This document shows, one piece after another, positions 38,046-52,052 of a stretch of 64,000 nucleotides of DNA. Positions within the stretch are counted from its first letter, which is position 1. Every line of letters begins with the position of its first letter. The notes beneath the pieces were generated by a model that searched no databases, was not told the DNA's origin, and saw only the letters and a list, made by a program, of their open reading frames with translations. The stretch is taken from NCBI GenBank assembly GCA_028534125.1, contig CM052817.1, positions 61,134,001 to 61,198,000 on the forward strand, read 5' to 3'. The position numbers and the translations under genes are program-made. The stretch is from Lama glama. Lineage: Eukaryota.

Positions 38046-39949
38046 CACATCTATTTTAAAATACCAAAATTTTTCTATTAAAGCTTATGGAACCCATAAA
38101 AGTATAATTTACACCAGCTAAAATGAATAGAAGAAGAGTTAAAGATTATAAGAACATCAGAGTATTTAGAACTTAGTACATTTTACTGTGCTAGACTCTA
38201 GATACCTGTGCAGGCAAAGGAATAGTAAGATTGCTATAGAAACAACATACATTTTATCACCCTTTCTCAAGTCCTCTAATAGATGATTAAGCTGGTTTAA
38301 GCATTTGAGGACTTTCCTTTTTTTTCTTCCCTTCATTTAAAAAAATTAATATTCATGTAGAAACTCATCTGGGACTGATAGTATGGATTCTAGTTTACAA
38401 TTTATAGCAATGCAAAACACCTGCTTCTAATGATGTTCAACAATCTTTGGGGACAGTTCCTAACATATGTGCTGTAAATGTTTGTTTCCAAGACAATAAT
38501 GGGAACTATGTTAATTTCAGACAGGAATGTGTTAGGATAAGGCTGTGTGCCAGTATTTGTTGAAAAACTTAAAACAATCATGAATCAAAGACCCAAAAGA
38601 TAAGATTTAAAGGAAACTGACCTGACAAAAAACTCTCTCATACTATTATATATTTCTTCTTAAGAATACCAAAATTTTTATTTGAGTTTATGGTATTTTA
38701 AATAAGTCAGTGTATTTTTAAAATTAATTTGATAATCCCTACATTATTAAAGTCATACTGTTTTACAGAAATCACAAGGAAGATAAATACAAAAAATTCT
38801 TAAGCAACAAATAGAAGTACAATAACTTTACAAAACTTACAAGTTCACAACAGAGCCCATTAGCCACAAAATCCTGAAGTGGAACACAAATATTTTTCAA
38901 GCACTAGGAATCATTCAACCTAATGTTTTCATCTTCAGATAAGAACCACAGTAATAATAATGATAGTATTTTACTGACTGCTCATGTATGTCAAGCATAT
39001 GCACTCACCTAACCACACATCCCTACTCCTGATCTTCTCAACCTTGCTTTACCCTTTTCTTTTCAAAAGCAATGATCATTTTCTAATATATCATACAATT
39101 TATGTATTTATTAGTCTAGAATTAGGTGAAGTGATTTACCTACTCTCAAGCAGTTCAAGCTGGAACATAGAACCTAGATTTCCTTATACCCATTTGAGCC
39201 AATCAATCCAGTCAACAAATATTTGTGCACCTATCATGCACCACAACATAATCCATCCATAGGTCCAACTGCTACTTATTTTATAGGGAATATAAAATGT
39301 TTTGAAAGAGAAAATGCTTTAAAAATGATTCTAATTTTTTTATTGCTTAGAGGTTATTTAGATATGAATATATATTAATTGTGAACTTATAATATATCTT
39401 ATAATTTTAATATATCTTTTATACTCTATGACTCTCTTTCCTCAATATACAGAAATATGCAAAACAAAATGTCCCTTGCAGAATCAGTTCTTTTATCTTT
39501 AAATGCTGTCACGTTCACAGTCAGCTTCATGATTAGGAACTGGAATTCAGACACAGTAAAGACCTGTTTGGTTTGTGACTCATGCTATATAGATTTTGGG
39601 TGGCCTGGTGCCTCTGGCAGTTCAGACCTGTAATGACAAATCATTGCTGGAATAATGATTTTTCCCTTCACTTTTGAGATCCTTCATCAAATAAGTAAGT
39701 AGGCTGAATATGGCAAAAATAGATTTGGGATTATGCTGTTAACACAGCTTTCCCAGAATTTTCACTAAGAGCTCACATTTAACCAATGACATTTTGATAC
39801 CTATTTCCCCCTATAATTTAATCCCCAAACTCAACTTTAAATATCAAAGGTGTTTGTATACCAAATTGTTAAAAATATATTTATATATTTCCTAATTACT
39901 TCCCATTCAATCCAGTTAAACTTAGTGAGTTTCAGTCTGAGCTGAAGTC

Positions 39950-40660
39950 ATTCATTCCTTTGTTCCCAAAATATTCATAGGGCATCTATTTCAAAGAACA
40001 CTTCAACAGACTAACATGCAGCATCTTAGAATCTATGAGCAGTGACTGAGAATTATAATAGCAATTATAATACAGTGTGAAAATGACATCTGATAGAAGA
40101 ACACTGTATGAACTAAAAAACACTGAGAAGGATTGAGGGAGAGCAAGAAAGTCAGTCAGCTAAGTGAAGTGGGTCGAGACATCACCAGAGTGCAAGGAAT
40201 AGTTTTTCAGGGCAAGAGAACAGTTTGTGTAAAGACTAGGAAGGGAGAGCGGTGCACAGGAGGGACTGAAAGTTCAGTATGACTGCAATGAGGGTAGGAA
40301 GGTAGGGACTAAAGATGAGACTGGAGAGGACTCAAAGATCAAGGGCCAGAACATAGAATTTTATGAGCCAGGTTAAAGATCTTGTACCTTTTCCTGGAGC
40401 AATGGAGAGCCACATAAGTGTGCAAAGTTGATGTCATATTTTTGGAGAATGGATTGGAGCCTGGAAGACCAGGTTGTGGGGTTAAAGCAGCAGGAGGAAT
40501 TGAAGATGTGAAAGATATTATCCAACTCAGGATAATAAGTTGGCATTTGAAATGGTGTTGAAGAGTCTTGATGATTCTGGTAGGAAGAGATGGGAGCAGG
40601 AGAGATACTGCAGACAGAGAGAACACCTAAAACTCTTGAATTTAAGGGTAGTAATTTCCT
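39950..40660 (-). mobile_element. L2 fragment
   Basis: Purine-rich degenerate L2 (gagaacagtttgtgtaaagactagg; gagcaatggagagcca). Confidence 0.6.
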
Positions 40661-40699
40661 TTGCTATATAGGAATCAAAAAAAAAAAAAAGACTGTTGG

Positions 40700-41348
40700 A
40701 ATGTGTGGCAAACACTGTTGATTGACAGTATAAAAGCATTCTTAATCGCCTCTTTTCTTTGTCACTTTCTACTACAGAGCTAGGAAAACCAAGTTCTCAT
40801 TTTCATGGCCTCCCTTTGGTCTAAGAGTACTGACCATGTGACCTGGTTCTGTTCAATGAACTGATAGGGGCAATCTTTTGGGTGGCTTTCTAATAAGAGG
40901 ATAAGTGAAAAAGAGAGCTCACTGCACTGCCCTCCCTTCTCTTCTTGCCTTAAATGTGGATGTGATGCTTGGAATTGTGCAGTCCTCTAACAAACAACCG
41001 TTAAAATGATAATATGTAGATGAAATGCCAAGAATGTTGGAGAAAAAGTTAGGACAATCTGCACCCTTGATGATATAGTTTTTTAGCATTTTTTTTATTG
41101 ATTTCTAATCATTTTACAATGTTGTGTCAAATTCCAGTGTAGAGCACAATTTTTCAGTTATACATGAACATATATATATATTCATTGTCACTTTTTTTTC
41201 TCTGTGAGCTACCATAAGATCTTGTATATATTTGATCAACTGGGAGACCAACAACCAGTAGACTTCTTGCAAAGAAAACTTTAAATAAAAGGCTTATGAT
41301 TTAAGTCATGTTAGTTTTTCTGCTTCTCAAAGCAAAAGCATTCCTAAC
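40700..41348 (+). mobile_element. Old MLT1 (J/K-like) LTR containing an L1 insertion
   Basis: ccatgtgacctggttctgttcaatga; gatgtgatgcttggaattgtgcag; ends gcaaaagcattcctaac. Confidence 0.5.
41080..41232 (-). mobile_element. Young L1 3' end
   Basis: ttttacaatgttgtgtcaaattccagtgtagagcac, the reverse of the L1 tip seen at 546 and ~24350. Confidence 0.8.
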
Positions 41349-42121
41349 GGAAATAGGAAATAAGTTGGAGAAAGGAAGACTGGAAGGAATAAACTGACAC
41401 CAAGTTAAGAATTCTTGTTGTTCCACAGAAGTGGTCTTCAGGTATGACTTTTATAGAAGCAAGAAATGTTCTCCAATACAAAAACTGCCTCATGTTCAAA
41501 CACTTCAGATTCAGTTAACCTCCTTACTGGTTAATACTAGTGAATACTGGACAATTCAAACTCAAGCCTTTCTCTATGTAATTTAAAATCAAATTTAAAC
41601 TGCAAAGATATACAACAGAAATAGCCACTGACAAAGTGCTAATGATAGATTATTTCATTAACTATCCAGGAAGTGGATGCCTGAAGTTGGGGTACAAATG
41701 CATGACGAACGGAATACTGACTCCTACATATATGTCGAATGGATCTATTTCAGCCACACTTATCTTCACCACCTTTTCAGAAGACACAGAAACATTCCTA
41801 ATTTAATGCCCATGTGCTGATATTGCTTCCAGTCAGAAAGTCTTATCCCATCTTCTTTGTTTGCCCCATCCCAACTCATCCTTTCAGAACCCAATTCAAC
41901 GATCATCTTCTGAATGTAGCATTTTCCAATATCCACAAAGTCACCTGTATGTCTTCTGTGCTACCAAAGTATGTCATTTGTATATCTGTACTACGTTCAC
42001 CCTGTGGTAATATTCTGTTAACAAGTGTGTCTCCACCATTCGACAAGATCCTTCACTGCAGGGACTAGATCTTACTGCCTCTGCATCTTGAGCACCAAGC
42101 ACTGTAACTAGCCTACAAAAC

Positions 42122-42330
42122 ACAAAACTATTGAGACAGAAATCAAATCAGTGGCTGACAGGGACTCAGGAAGAAGGCTGACGACTGACAACAGGAGGAC
42201 AAGAGGGAACTTTCGCAGGTGATAAAAATTGTGGTGGTGGTTATGTGACCACGTGTATTTGTCAAAACCCATCGAACTATACACCCTAAATGGGGTGAAT
42301 TTTTTTGTATGTAAATTGGACCTCAATAAA
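42122..42330 (+). mobile_element. Old L1M 3' end
   Basis: tatttgtcaaaacccatcgaactatacaccc...tgtatgtaaattggacctcaataaa. Confidence 0.75.
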
Positions 42331-45300
42331 CATGTACTGTGAAGAATGACACAGCAATAAGGGAGTGACCATGAATGAATGACAAACACAAAATGACACA
42401 TTTACCTGAGACCTAATTTCCTTTCTAGGAGTATTTACTTTTTTAAAGCATCATCTTAAAACAGGGCAACGGTTAGCACAAATAAAACTTGGGCATTTTA
42501 GGTAAGCCGATGATTTCTGAACAGAGGCACTTCTAGGAATTCCTTAAATTATTCTAACTACTTTGCCTAAGTAGAAAAATGACTGGTCAATTCTGTCATT
42601 CAGAGACAACTTTGATACTGAATCTAACATAGTGCAAATCATTCACAAATCATAAAAATAATCCTTCCTACACACTAACTCAAAAGTGTTTTCCAATGTC
42701 TCAGAAATATTGATATTAGGAAGAGAGACCAGGTGTGCTATATAAATTTCAAATGAAGCCTAACTCTGAACCTGTAAAACTTACAAAATATTTTGTCTAT
42801 GCTGCATTTCATCATGTTAGATCTTTGATCTTTTTACATGTGTTTTAAGATTAGTTATCTATCTAGACAGTTACCCTTAAATACCTTTGAAATGTGGTAA
42901 TTTGACAAAAAATTAAACTGATTTTGAGTTAGAGTTGTGATGGATTACTAACCTATCTTTTCCTCTATAAAGACTTAAGTTGGAATCTGTCTTAGATCAT
43001 GAATTTAAATGTTTATTACTTCTAATAGCAGTGAAAGATGACATGTGTCTGTCTGTGCAAGTGTGTTTATACAGCACCCATCTCATCGCTCATGAATTTC
43101 AGTCTCTGCTCAGAAAAAGCACAAGCCTAAAATTAAAAGTGAAACATAAAACCTTTGTAGAGTGTCACTGTACATCACCTGGGGCAATGTATAGGATCAT
43201 ATAAAATTCACATGTTTCATTTCTTCTCACTCATATTTTAAACTCAGCATTTTCTACAGCACCTGTGGGGCAGCAGAAAACAGCCCATGTCTATTTTCCA
43301 GTCTTAGTTCTGCCTCCTACCAGCAAAAATGGCCTAAGTCACTGCTATTTAATCCTTTAGAGAGTTAATTTCTTCATTTTAACATGTAAAAATAACATAT
43401 TCATGGTTATAGTCAAGATCAAATGAATTGATACACGTCTTTTATAAACATAATATGTTTTACTAGTTTTATGCTGAATTCTTATCTTGAGGCATGGACA
43501 AATCAATAACTTTATTGTAACTGGTCATAGCACAAGCTTGTTTATTGGTAGAATGAGAAGTGAACATGTGGGAATTTCAGTGATGTATGTGTTCAACATG
43601 TATTTATTAAGTACTTATTATATACATGGGCATTGGAGTAGTCATCTGGGATACACCACAATTCCGAGTTTCTTCAATTTGTTGTAATATGACTAAGTAT
43701 TATCCTTGTTTTACAGTGAGGAACTAAGGCTCAGAGAAAAAAGTGACAATTATTTAATTGGACTGTGTGACAATTGTTATGCGCAATGTATTTGTAAGTG
43801 CCTGGCATAGTTCTTGATTTTACAATTAATTATGAACTACATTAAAATATCATCTAGGGAAAAATGAGTGGCCTTTCGAGCAGTCTACACCGTAATGTGG
43901 TGTAGGTCCAGAAATCCTGATTGATGGTTGTCATTATCCAAAGTTGATATCATCATTTCCCCCAAATTGGTTTTTTCTCCTCCTCCTTTGTTCCCTGTCT
44001 CAGAGGAACCAACATCTACAGCACTGTTTATTCCAGAATTCTCCTCTTCCCAGACAACATGCCACCCCGCCTCCTACTACATCTCAATCTATCAACAAAT
44101 CCTGCCAATTCAATTTTATAATTTTGTTTCAAAATCCATCTTGTTTCCTTCATCTCCACTATTACTACCTTGGTCTAGGATCCATCCATATAACTTAATT
44201 TTATCTTAATTGCCTCTTTAAAGTCCCTATCTCCAAACACTGTAACATTCTGAGATACTGGAGATTACGATGTCAAAAAATGAATTTTGAGGAGGCACAA
44301 TCCAGCCCATAACAACCCCTTATCGCATTATGTCAAGAAGCACATAACGTCACATTCAGCAGATCTCTGCATTGTAAGGATACATGTTTCCCTTTGTAAC
44401 TAGCAAATCACCTGTTGGATGAATACCTTGTGACTATCCTACTCCTCACTATCCTTTCACTCATTTATTTTACCGTCATCCATTAATGATTCCTGCCTAC
44501 ATTATTATTTCAAGGCTGCAAAGTAGTGGTTTAACAAACTTATCATTCCTCTACATTTATTTGCTGTCATTCTTTTGTAAAAATAGGCCTTCATTCTTGC
44601 TGCACTCCAATTCAATGTTTATAAACACTAGAGTTAACTTTCTTAACTGCTCAGTAAACCTTGAGCCTTTCCTCTGCCCCAGGGGATTAAGTACATACTC
44701 CCTCATATGGCCTCTCAAGGATGTCAAGCTTCTCCCTCCCGGTCACCACTTTACCTTCTTTACTGGTTTACTTGTATTCATCCTTCCAGACTCAGCTGTC
44801 ACTTTCTCCCTAGCTTTCTGCACCAAATCATAAGGGCTTGTCTTGAATTATACACTTTACTTTCACTATCATAGCATATACGGCACTATTTTGTAATTTA
44901 TGGTTAATTATCTCACTGACAGACTTTAAGCTATCTGAGGAAATACAAAAATCACATCAGTCTTTTTCATTCTTATATTTCCTAGCACCTCCTATAGTCC
45001 TTTGGTACTGAATAGGCATATGATAATGATTAAATAAATAAATTACTGGGAGTTATGTACTATACACAAATCTATATATACTATGATTTATGACCGGTTT
45101 ATAGAATTTATAAGGATAATTTTAATTAAAAGTGATCATTCACATAATTTGCTTACTGGAAGTCTAGGCCCTAGGTAAGATGAATTCTACTCTAAAAATA
45201 ACGAATATTTACTTGGTAATAACTACTGGCCAGGTCCTGCCCTAAGCATTAATTATTTCAAATTTAATCCACAGAAACCCTTTAGTGTGGGCACTACTTT

Positions 45301-47120
45301 CCCTATTTAACAGTTAAGGAAATTGAGAGAATATCACACAGCTACTAAACAAAAGTGATGTGATTTAAACACAGGTATCTAATTTCACAATGACTTTGTA
45401 ATTTTTATTACTTTCTTATGAAGAGTTCATCTTCCTCATTAAAAGACTATAAATATATCACCCATGATTAGTTATTAAGGCCCCTGTTTTTGGTTCAGTA
45501 ATGCTTCCACTTTCAAGAATACAGACATGTACAATGTAAGACATTTATAATATTATCAAATACCTAAGTAGAAACAGTCCACAGACAAAATACACTGCAT
45601 AAAAATGTAAAATATTAATATGTACTTTACCCTCAAAACAGTGTTTTGACTAAGTCTAAGTAGATCTGGCAGTAAGAAGAATTGTGAATTATGTTTAATG
45701 TTTGTGGAATTTGAAATGGCTGAAGGAAAGAAAGAACTTTCTTTTAGAATCTCTCTGTAAAAACCAATTCAAGAAGAAAAAAAAATATGTACAGGATTGA
45801 TAACAATGATCCAGTTTGACTTAAATATATTGTGAAACATGACATTTGCAGAATGGCAGATATAAAAGGATGATTTCAAGGTAGGAATTAATACAACAAA
45901 AATGAGATGCTGCAAGTACAGATATGGTAAAATTTGGACTTGAATTTGTGAGTTGAATGAGTCAAAGTATCAAGCATCATCCTGACACTGTAGATGTAGA
46001 CAACAAAATAGTGATTACACAATGCTGTGAAGAAATTGAATAACAAGGACATTGGAAGAAAAAGTAAGGTCATGTGTGTATGTGTGTATAAACTCAAGTT
46101 TTTAGTTGAGAGTGTCCTGACAATTGTAAGAAATGCATACGTAGGAAAAAGAAGGGGAAAAAATTAGGATGAAAAAAAATCAAGCAAGGAAAAGATACAA
46201 CGTGAGATTTGCTCTTTAATGGGAAGTTACTGAAAAGCAAGAATTATGTATTTTATTTAGAATTTAAATCCTATCTTTTTCCAGAAAAGCAATTATCATA
46301 GTTAACAAAATAGAGCAGGTAATTATCAAAAGGGTGAAAAATACTCACTATCTTTAATCCCCTAAATTGGTAATGGTAGATAATAGAGGTTTTGAATTTT
46401 AAAAGGCACATACAGGGATGGTATCTCCATGGTTTCCACCAGAATTATTAGGACTGAAGATCTCTTTGTCAGAATTTTTTAACGTGAAGCCCACAGAGCA
46501 CCAGGAGGTCCATGAACTTCCTGAAATTATGCACAATCTGTTGTGTGCACATGCAATTTCCTGAAGGCATTCCATAGCTTTTTAAAAACCAGATTCTCAA
46601 AAGAGGTCCATTACCATCCCTTCTACCCCCTAAATTAAGAATGATTGATCTGGGAAAAGAAGTATTTGCTTACAAATTGGTAATATTGTCTTAGTTTCCT
46701 GTTACTAAGGAAGAAAGATCTATTTAATTTTATGATTTGGCATCTTGTCTTTTCCATTTCATATTTCTGTGTGGGAGGTAAGATTAACTTATACAAGTTT
46801 CCATTACCAACGAGGTGTGGTTTACATTTTTAAGATATCAAGTTAAGAAGGGATCCACATTTGCAAATCCCATTTTTAATCTCTGTTGCTGTTTATTATT
46901 TTGTTTGGTTTCCTATTCAATTCAATTCAAATTTCAAAGGGTTGTTCCTTCCTCAAATTGCTTCACAGGTTTATTTTGGTAAATATAAAGTAAAAAGAAA
47001 TAACAATAAAATTCCCACAAAGCCTTTCCTTCTGTTTAATGAAGAAATATGAGGATTCCAGCAAACATTTTCACTGAGCCCATTTCAAAACTAACAGGTA
47101 ATTAACAGGATTTGTGCAGC

Positions 47121-47570
47121 TGTATTAATCAGGGCTCTAAGGAGAAACAGAAACAATATTATATACATATAAAGAGATTTATTATGAGGGATTTGCTTAC
47201 TCGATTTTGGAGTCTGAGAAGTCCCTCTTGCAAACCGGAGGTCCAGGAACACCGATGGTGTAGTTCCAGTCCAAGACCCAAGTCCCCTGAAGGCCTGAGA
47301 ACAGGTCCAGAGGCAGGAAAGGATGGATGTCCTAGTTCAAGCAGAGAGAGTGAGTTGGCCTTTCTTCCACCTTTTCTGTTCCGTGCAGGCCCTCAATGGA
47401 TTGGATGATGCGCCCCATATGGGTGAGTGCAATCTTCATTATCAGTCTACCAATTCCAATGCTAATTTCTTCCAGACAGACCCGCACAGACACACTCAGA
47501 AATAATGTTTTACCAGCTATCTGGGCATCCTCAGCCCAGTCAAACTGACACTTAAAATTACAGCAGCCCC
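47121..47570 (-). mobile_element. MLT2 (ERVL) solo LTR
   Basis: tgtattaatcagggctct...caggccctcaatggattggatgatgcgccc...cagcccagtcaaactgacacttaaaatta. Confidence 0.85.
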
Positions 47571-48209
47571 GCATGAATATTTTAATTTAAAAAGTGAATT
47601 ATATCCCCATAATGACCCTTGAAACAATCATTTATTTCTGAAATCTTAGTCACCACATCTGAGTAGTCCTGCTGACAAAATTTTATTTTATGGCCTATAT
47701 TCTAGGAACTTTATCTTATTTACCATGTTGAATCATAAAAAACACCATACTACAAACTAGAAATGATAATGCCTTTATGTGACTAAGTATATTTCAAAAG
47801 ACGAGGTGCCTCTAATCACATTTATACTACTGAAAAAGAAGAATTACATACTATTGTGGGAAATAATTCTTCTGGCAAAGAAGGTAGAAAAATGTGACGA
47901 CATATAAACAAAGTCTATCAAATGTTGACGTTTAGACTCAACTGCTCTAAACTTGAGGTGAACAGGAAATTAGCCTAAGATTTCTAGATAGCTTCTGAGT
48001 CTCAGTATTTAAAGAAGAGAAAATAAGGAATATTTTAATTTTGAGGGAATCAGTACACTTGAGACAAAAATGTAGGAAAATGTTTGGACATGGTCCAGTT
48101 ATTTATTACTACATAACAAACTAACCCCCACATTTAATAGTTAGCCATCTTGTTATATCTTATGATTTTGTAGGTTAGAAATTTGAGCCAGGCTTATTCG
48201 GTGATTCAA

Positions 48210-48800
48210 ATTTTGTCATTTATTTCTCATTTACTAGTTGGAATACTTTTAAAGAGATGCTTTCCTTCCTCTATTATTTGATTACCTAGTAGAGCCCTAT
48301 ATAGAAAAAGGCAGGCTAAAAGCGTGATTCTTTTCCCACTCTTACTAGTTTTCATGATAATGAGTTGTCTCCTTTCATTCTCTAAAGACAATTAGTTTCT
48401 TTTTTAATTATCAGAAAAAACTCATAGATTTACACATATTTAATGGCTTTTAAGTAACTGCAATTTTTAATCTTATTGAAGTTCAAATTGCACCATCTTT
48501 GGCCAGTAGTGGGAGCCTCTTCAAGTTGACTCCTGAATCTTTTTGACATGATATTAGTGATCTTTGACAGTTTCCTTGCTTTTTGGCATATGTAGACATT
48601 CCAGGCTCGTTCTACATTTCCTGTCCCAGACTAGAATCTGTCCTTTTTCCAAAAAGTCCTGGTTTCCTTTAGTGGTAAGTAATATTTCAAGATCACCAGT
48701 ATTAGAGGTAGGGATATGTATGGGCTAATCAGTTTGTAGGCCTTTCCAGTGGACACAGATAGGAAGCACATACACACTACATGTATGTATGTATATATAT
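48210..48800 (-). mobile_element. Old L1MC-like 3' fragment
   Basis: ccatctttggccagtagtgggagcctcttcaagttgactcctg...ctggtttcctttagtgg. Confidence 0.65.
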
Positions 48801-49187
48801 ATACAGTGTGTATCAAACCTCATAAGTTTCTACAGGGGAGAAAGTAGTTTTCAAATTTTTCTCCCATATCAATAATTGTTTATAGTCACTTTTTAAAAAA
48901 TTGTTAGGTTTACTGAGTTATAATTTATAAACAATAAGATTAATCCCTTTTAAGTCTATAGTTGAGTAAAATTTGACAAACGTATTTAGTTACCACCATA
49001 ATCAGTACACTCTGGGAAAGAGCAGGTTGAAACAAGCAGAGGATCAAGGATTGATCTTTGGAGAATGATAATATTTAGGGTCAGAAGGAAGAAAAATCAG
49101 AGGACTGATTTTCACTCCCAACTCCTGCTATCATTCTAGAAGATTTCAGGGTCCAAGCAGGAGAAAACTTCCATTCTCTTGCCCCTA

Positions 49188-49443
49188 TTATGGCAAACAT
49201 TATGTTTCCCCCAAAATTCATATGTTGAAATTCTAATTCCCAGTATCTCAGAATGTGACTCTGTGCTTGGAGACAGAGCCTTTAGACAGGTAATTAAGTT
49301 AAAGTACAGTCATTAAGTAAGCCCTTATCCAATAGGATGTATCCTTCTTTAAAAAAAGAAAGAAAGAAAATTTGGACACAGACAAGTACAAATGGAAGAC
49401 TATGTCAAGTCGCAGGGAGAAGACAGCCATCTATAAGACAAGG
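49188..49443 (+). mobile_element. MLT1B-like LTR fragment
   Basis: ccccaaaattcatatgttgaaattctaattcccagtatctcagaatgtgact. Confidence 0.75.
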
Positions 49444-49714
49444 CTTGGCTCTTTTCCAGCTATATCCAATCCCAAAGGGCAAGGAATCTGTGAAAGAGAC
49501 ACATTCACTCAGAACCTGTGCCTTGATGTTTAGAAAAAGGTTTTGAGTACCTGGTCCCTAAAATTCTCTCCTCATACTGCTCCAAGATGGCTAACAGTGA
49601 CTTTTCCCCAGGTCTTTTCTATTGAGGGCCAACAATGCTTCTAGCATCTGTATCTTTAGACGCAATATGAAGCAAAAAGGCCCCTAGGTCAAACAGGTGA
49701 TGAAGCAGTGGGGT

Positions 49715-49906
49715 GGGAGTAGATTTACCAAATATAATACAGGACACCTTGTTAAATTTGAATTTCAGACAAACAACACATAATTGTTTAGTATGAATAA
49801 TTCCAAATATTGCATGGGACATAATTATACTAAAAAGTGTTCATTGTTTATCTAAAATTCATATTTAAGAGAGCATACTTCTTTTTTAAAACTATGCCAA
49901 TTCTAG
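49715..49906. mobile_element. MER53-like palindromic hAT MITE
   Basis: aaatttgaatttcagacaaacaac...gtttatctaaaattcatattt inverted arms around ccaaatattgcatggga. Confidence 0.75.
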
Positions 49907-51049
49907 GTAGGGTCAGACTTGGTCATTTGAGCTGGATATCCATTTGCATGATCACAAAGTGCCTAATGGTATCAAACTAAGAGGGAGGAATTGACATAGG
50001 GGAGGCAGGATACATGTGCCAACCAATGTTCTTTGAATCACCCACATTCTGTCTGACATATAGGAATTCTAAACTCAATCTGGCTTTCCAGGTCACTTTC
50101 AAAATAGGATGATAGAATATATTTTACTTTTACATTCTGTTAGTTGTATTTATAATGTTTAGATCTTGAAGCAAATATTTCTCATAACCAAAAATAATTA
50201 ACTGTTTATAAGCTGATGCATCCTTTGATCACATCATTTAACATGCATGCATAAATCTAGGGCATTCCATAGGATAACAAAAATAGGTACAATGGAAATC
50301 CCAATTGTGTAGCCTTTGATCCTGAATTTTATGGGCCCAGATACTTAATTTTATAAATGTGCCCACATTTGAAAAAACTGTGAACTCCTGTCATACAATT
50401 CAAAACACTGATTTATAAAACAGAATGCCAATTTAAGTTTACCATGACCAAAATGTATTTGGCAGAATAATGATTAATAGTAATTCTTCTCTAAGAGAAA
50501 TGCCAACCATATGATCAAATTACAACTCAGAAAATTGCCTGTTTAGTCGTTAAACAGAGAGTAAATATTCTTAAGGTGACAGTTTTATCAAGATATGTGA
50601 ATTGTCATTCTACTCTAGGCGCAACCCAGCCAACAGTGGGAAAGCAGTTCAGATGCTTTGAAATTCAACATACCCGGGGTTTTTTTCTTCCTTACCAGTT
50701 AACTACTTAACATCTGCAGGCTTCGGTTTCCTTCTTTTGTAAAAACAGGGTTGACAAGACACATAAAACATTCAGAACGATGTTGTTACACTGTCTACAC
50801 ATTATGTAAATATTACAGATTATAATATACAAAATATTATATTAAATATTCTTATTATGCTACTTATCGTCACTGTGCTATTTACCATTGTTCTATTTAA
50901 CAACTTTGTGCCTAACCTGGAGAAACAGGCCACAAACGCGCTTCCAAGACAGAGAGGCGGGTACGGGTTACCATGACAACAGCGCGCGCCTAGACTTTTT
51001 CCACTCTCACGTCGCTGGGGAAGCGAAAAGCCTAGGCTGCGTGTTGCGT

Positions 51050-51177
51050 CATCACTACGCGCTCATCGGGCTTCTCCGTGCTGTTTTAGAAGGGCCCGGC
51101 CCGGCTACCGTCGCTCCACGCCAAGAATTATTTTTTTTTTCCCAACCTTTGTTACATCGCACCGAGGCTGCAAGACC
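51050..51177 (+). other. SMARCAD1: Candidate alternative upstream non-coding first exon; start approximate
   Basis: Consensus donor CC|GTAAGT at 51178-51183 inside the CpG island. Confidence 0.45.
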
Positions 51178-51289
51178 GTAAGTACTGAGAGAAGAATAAC
51201 AGAAAGCGAGAGAGCATTAAAAGAGATGCCGCCACACGCTCTTCCCTCTGAACCTTCCCCGTGTTTTCTTGATCCTATCAGCTTCCTCT

Positions 51290-51511
51290 CAGCTGGGATC
51301 GCGCCGCGTCAACTTCCGGGCGGGTGCCCGCCAGCACAGCCGCCGCCGCTCCCCTCCTTTGGCCCCTTTGTGTCCCTGCAGTGTCGAGGCACGGGCCCTG
51401 GCACGTCCTTTCCCGAGGCAGGGAGCATCGTAGTGCAGGGAGCCTCTCACTGTGGGCGGGCGCGCGGCCCGCCGGGGGGTTAGCGTGGGGAACGTGCCTG
51501 CGCGTGCTGGG
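51290..51511 (+). other. SMARCAD1: Probable non-coding first exon (proximal); start approximate
   Basis: Donor GG|GTAAGA (GT 51512-51513) at the 3' side of the CpG island. The TSS is inferred to lie near the ETS site. Confidence 0.6.
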
Positions 51512-51786
51512 GTAAGAGGAGGTTGCACGAGGGTCAGCGTGTGGTTCGAGGAAGGAGGGGCAGGGAGGGGGGACGAAGGGGAGTAAAAAGAGCAATGGAA
51601 AATTTTGAAAAGATAACCCTGTCCACCTTCTGTTTGTTGTGGCCTAACAATGAGGCGCAGCCATAATAGCCATCCCGAGCCACTGGCATGTTTGCGGGCT
51701 CTTAATTGCCTTGGGAATGAACTGCTGTGGCTTTGTATTTTACGTTGTTTTCATGGCCTCTTTTTCTCTTTATTTTCTCCCTGCAG

Positions 51787-52052
<266 letters not shown>

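Larger units (their letters stand above)
50930..51600. promoter_or_regulatory. SMARCAD1: CpG-island promoter of SMARCAD1
   Basis: Abrupt GC/CpG-rich block in AT-rich DNA just upstream of the coding exon. Contains ETS/GABPA ACTTCCGG 51312-51319, CRE-like TGCGTCA 51045-51051 and an RFX X-box-like site 50967-50980. No obvious TATA box. Confidence 0.9.

Noticed and set aside
49715..49906. Long hairpin as a possible miRNA or novel structured RNA
   Set aside because: Explained by the palindromic MER53-like MITE.
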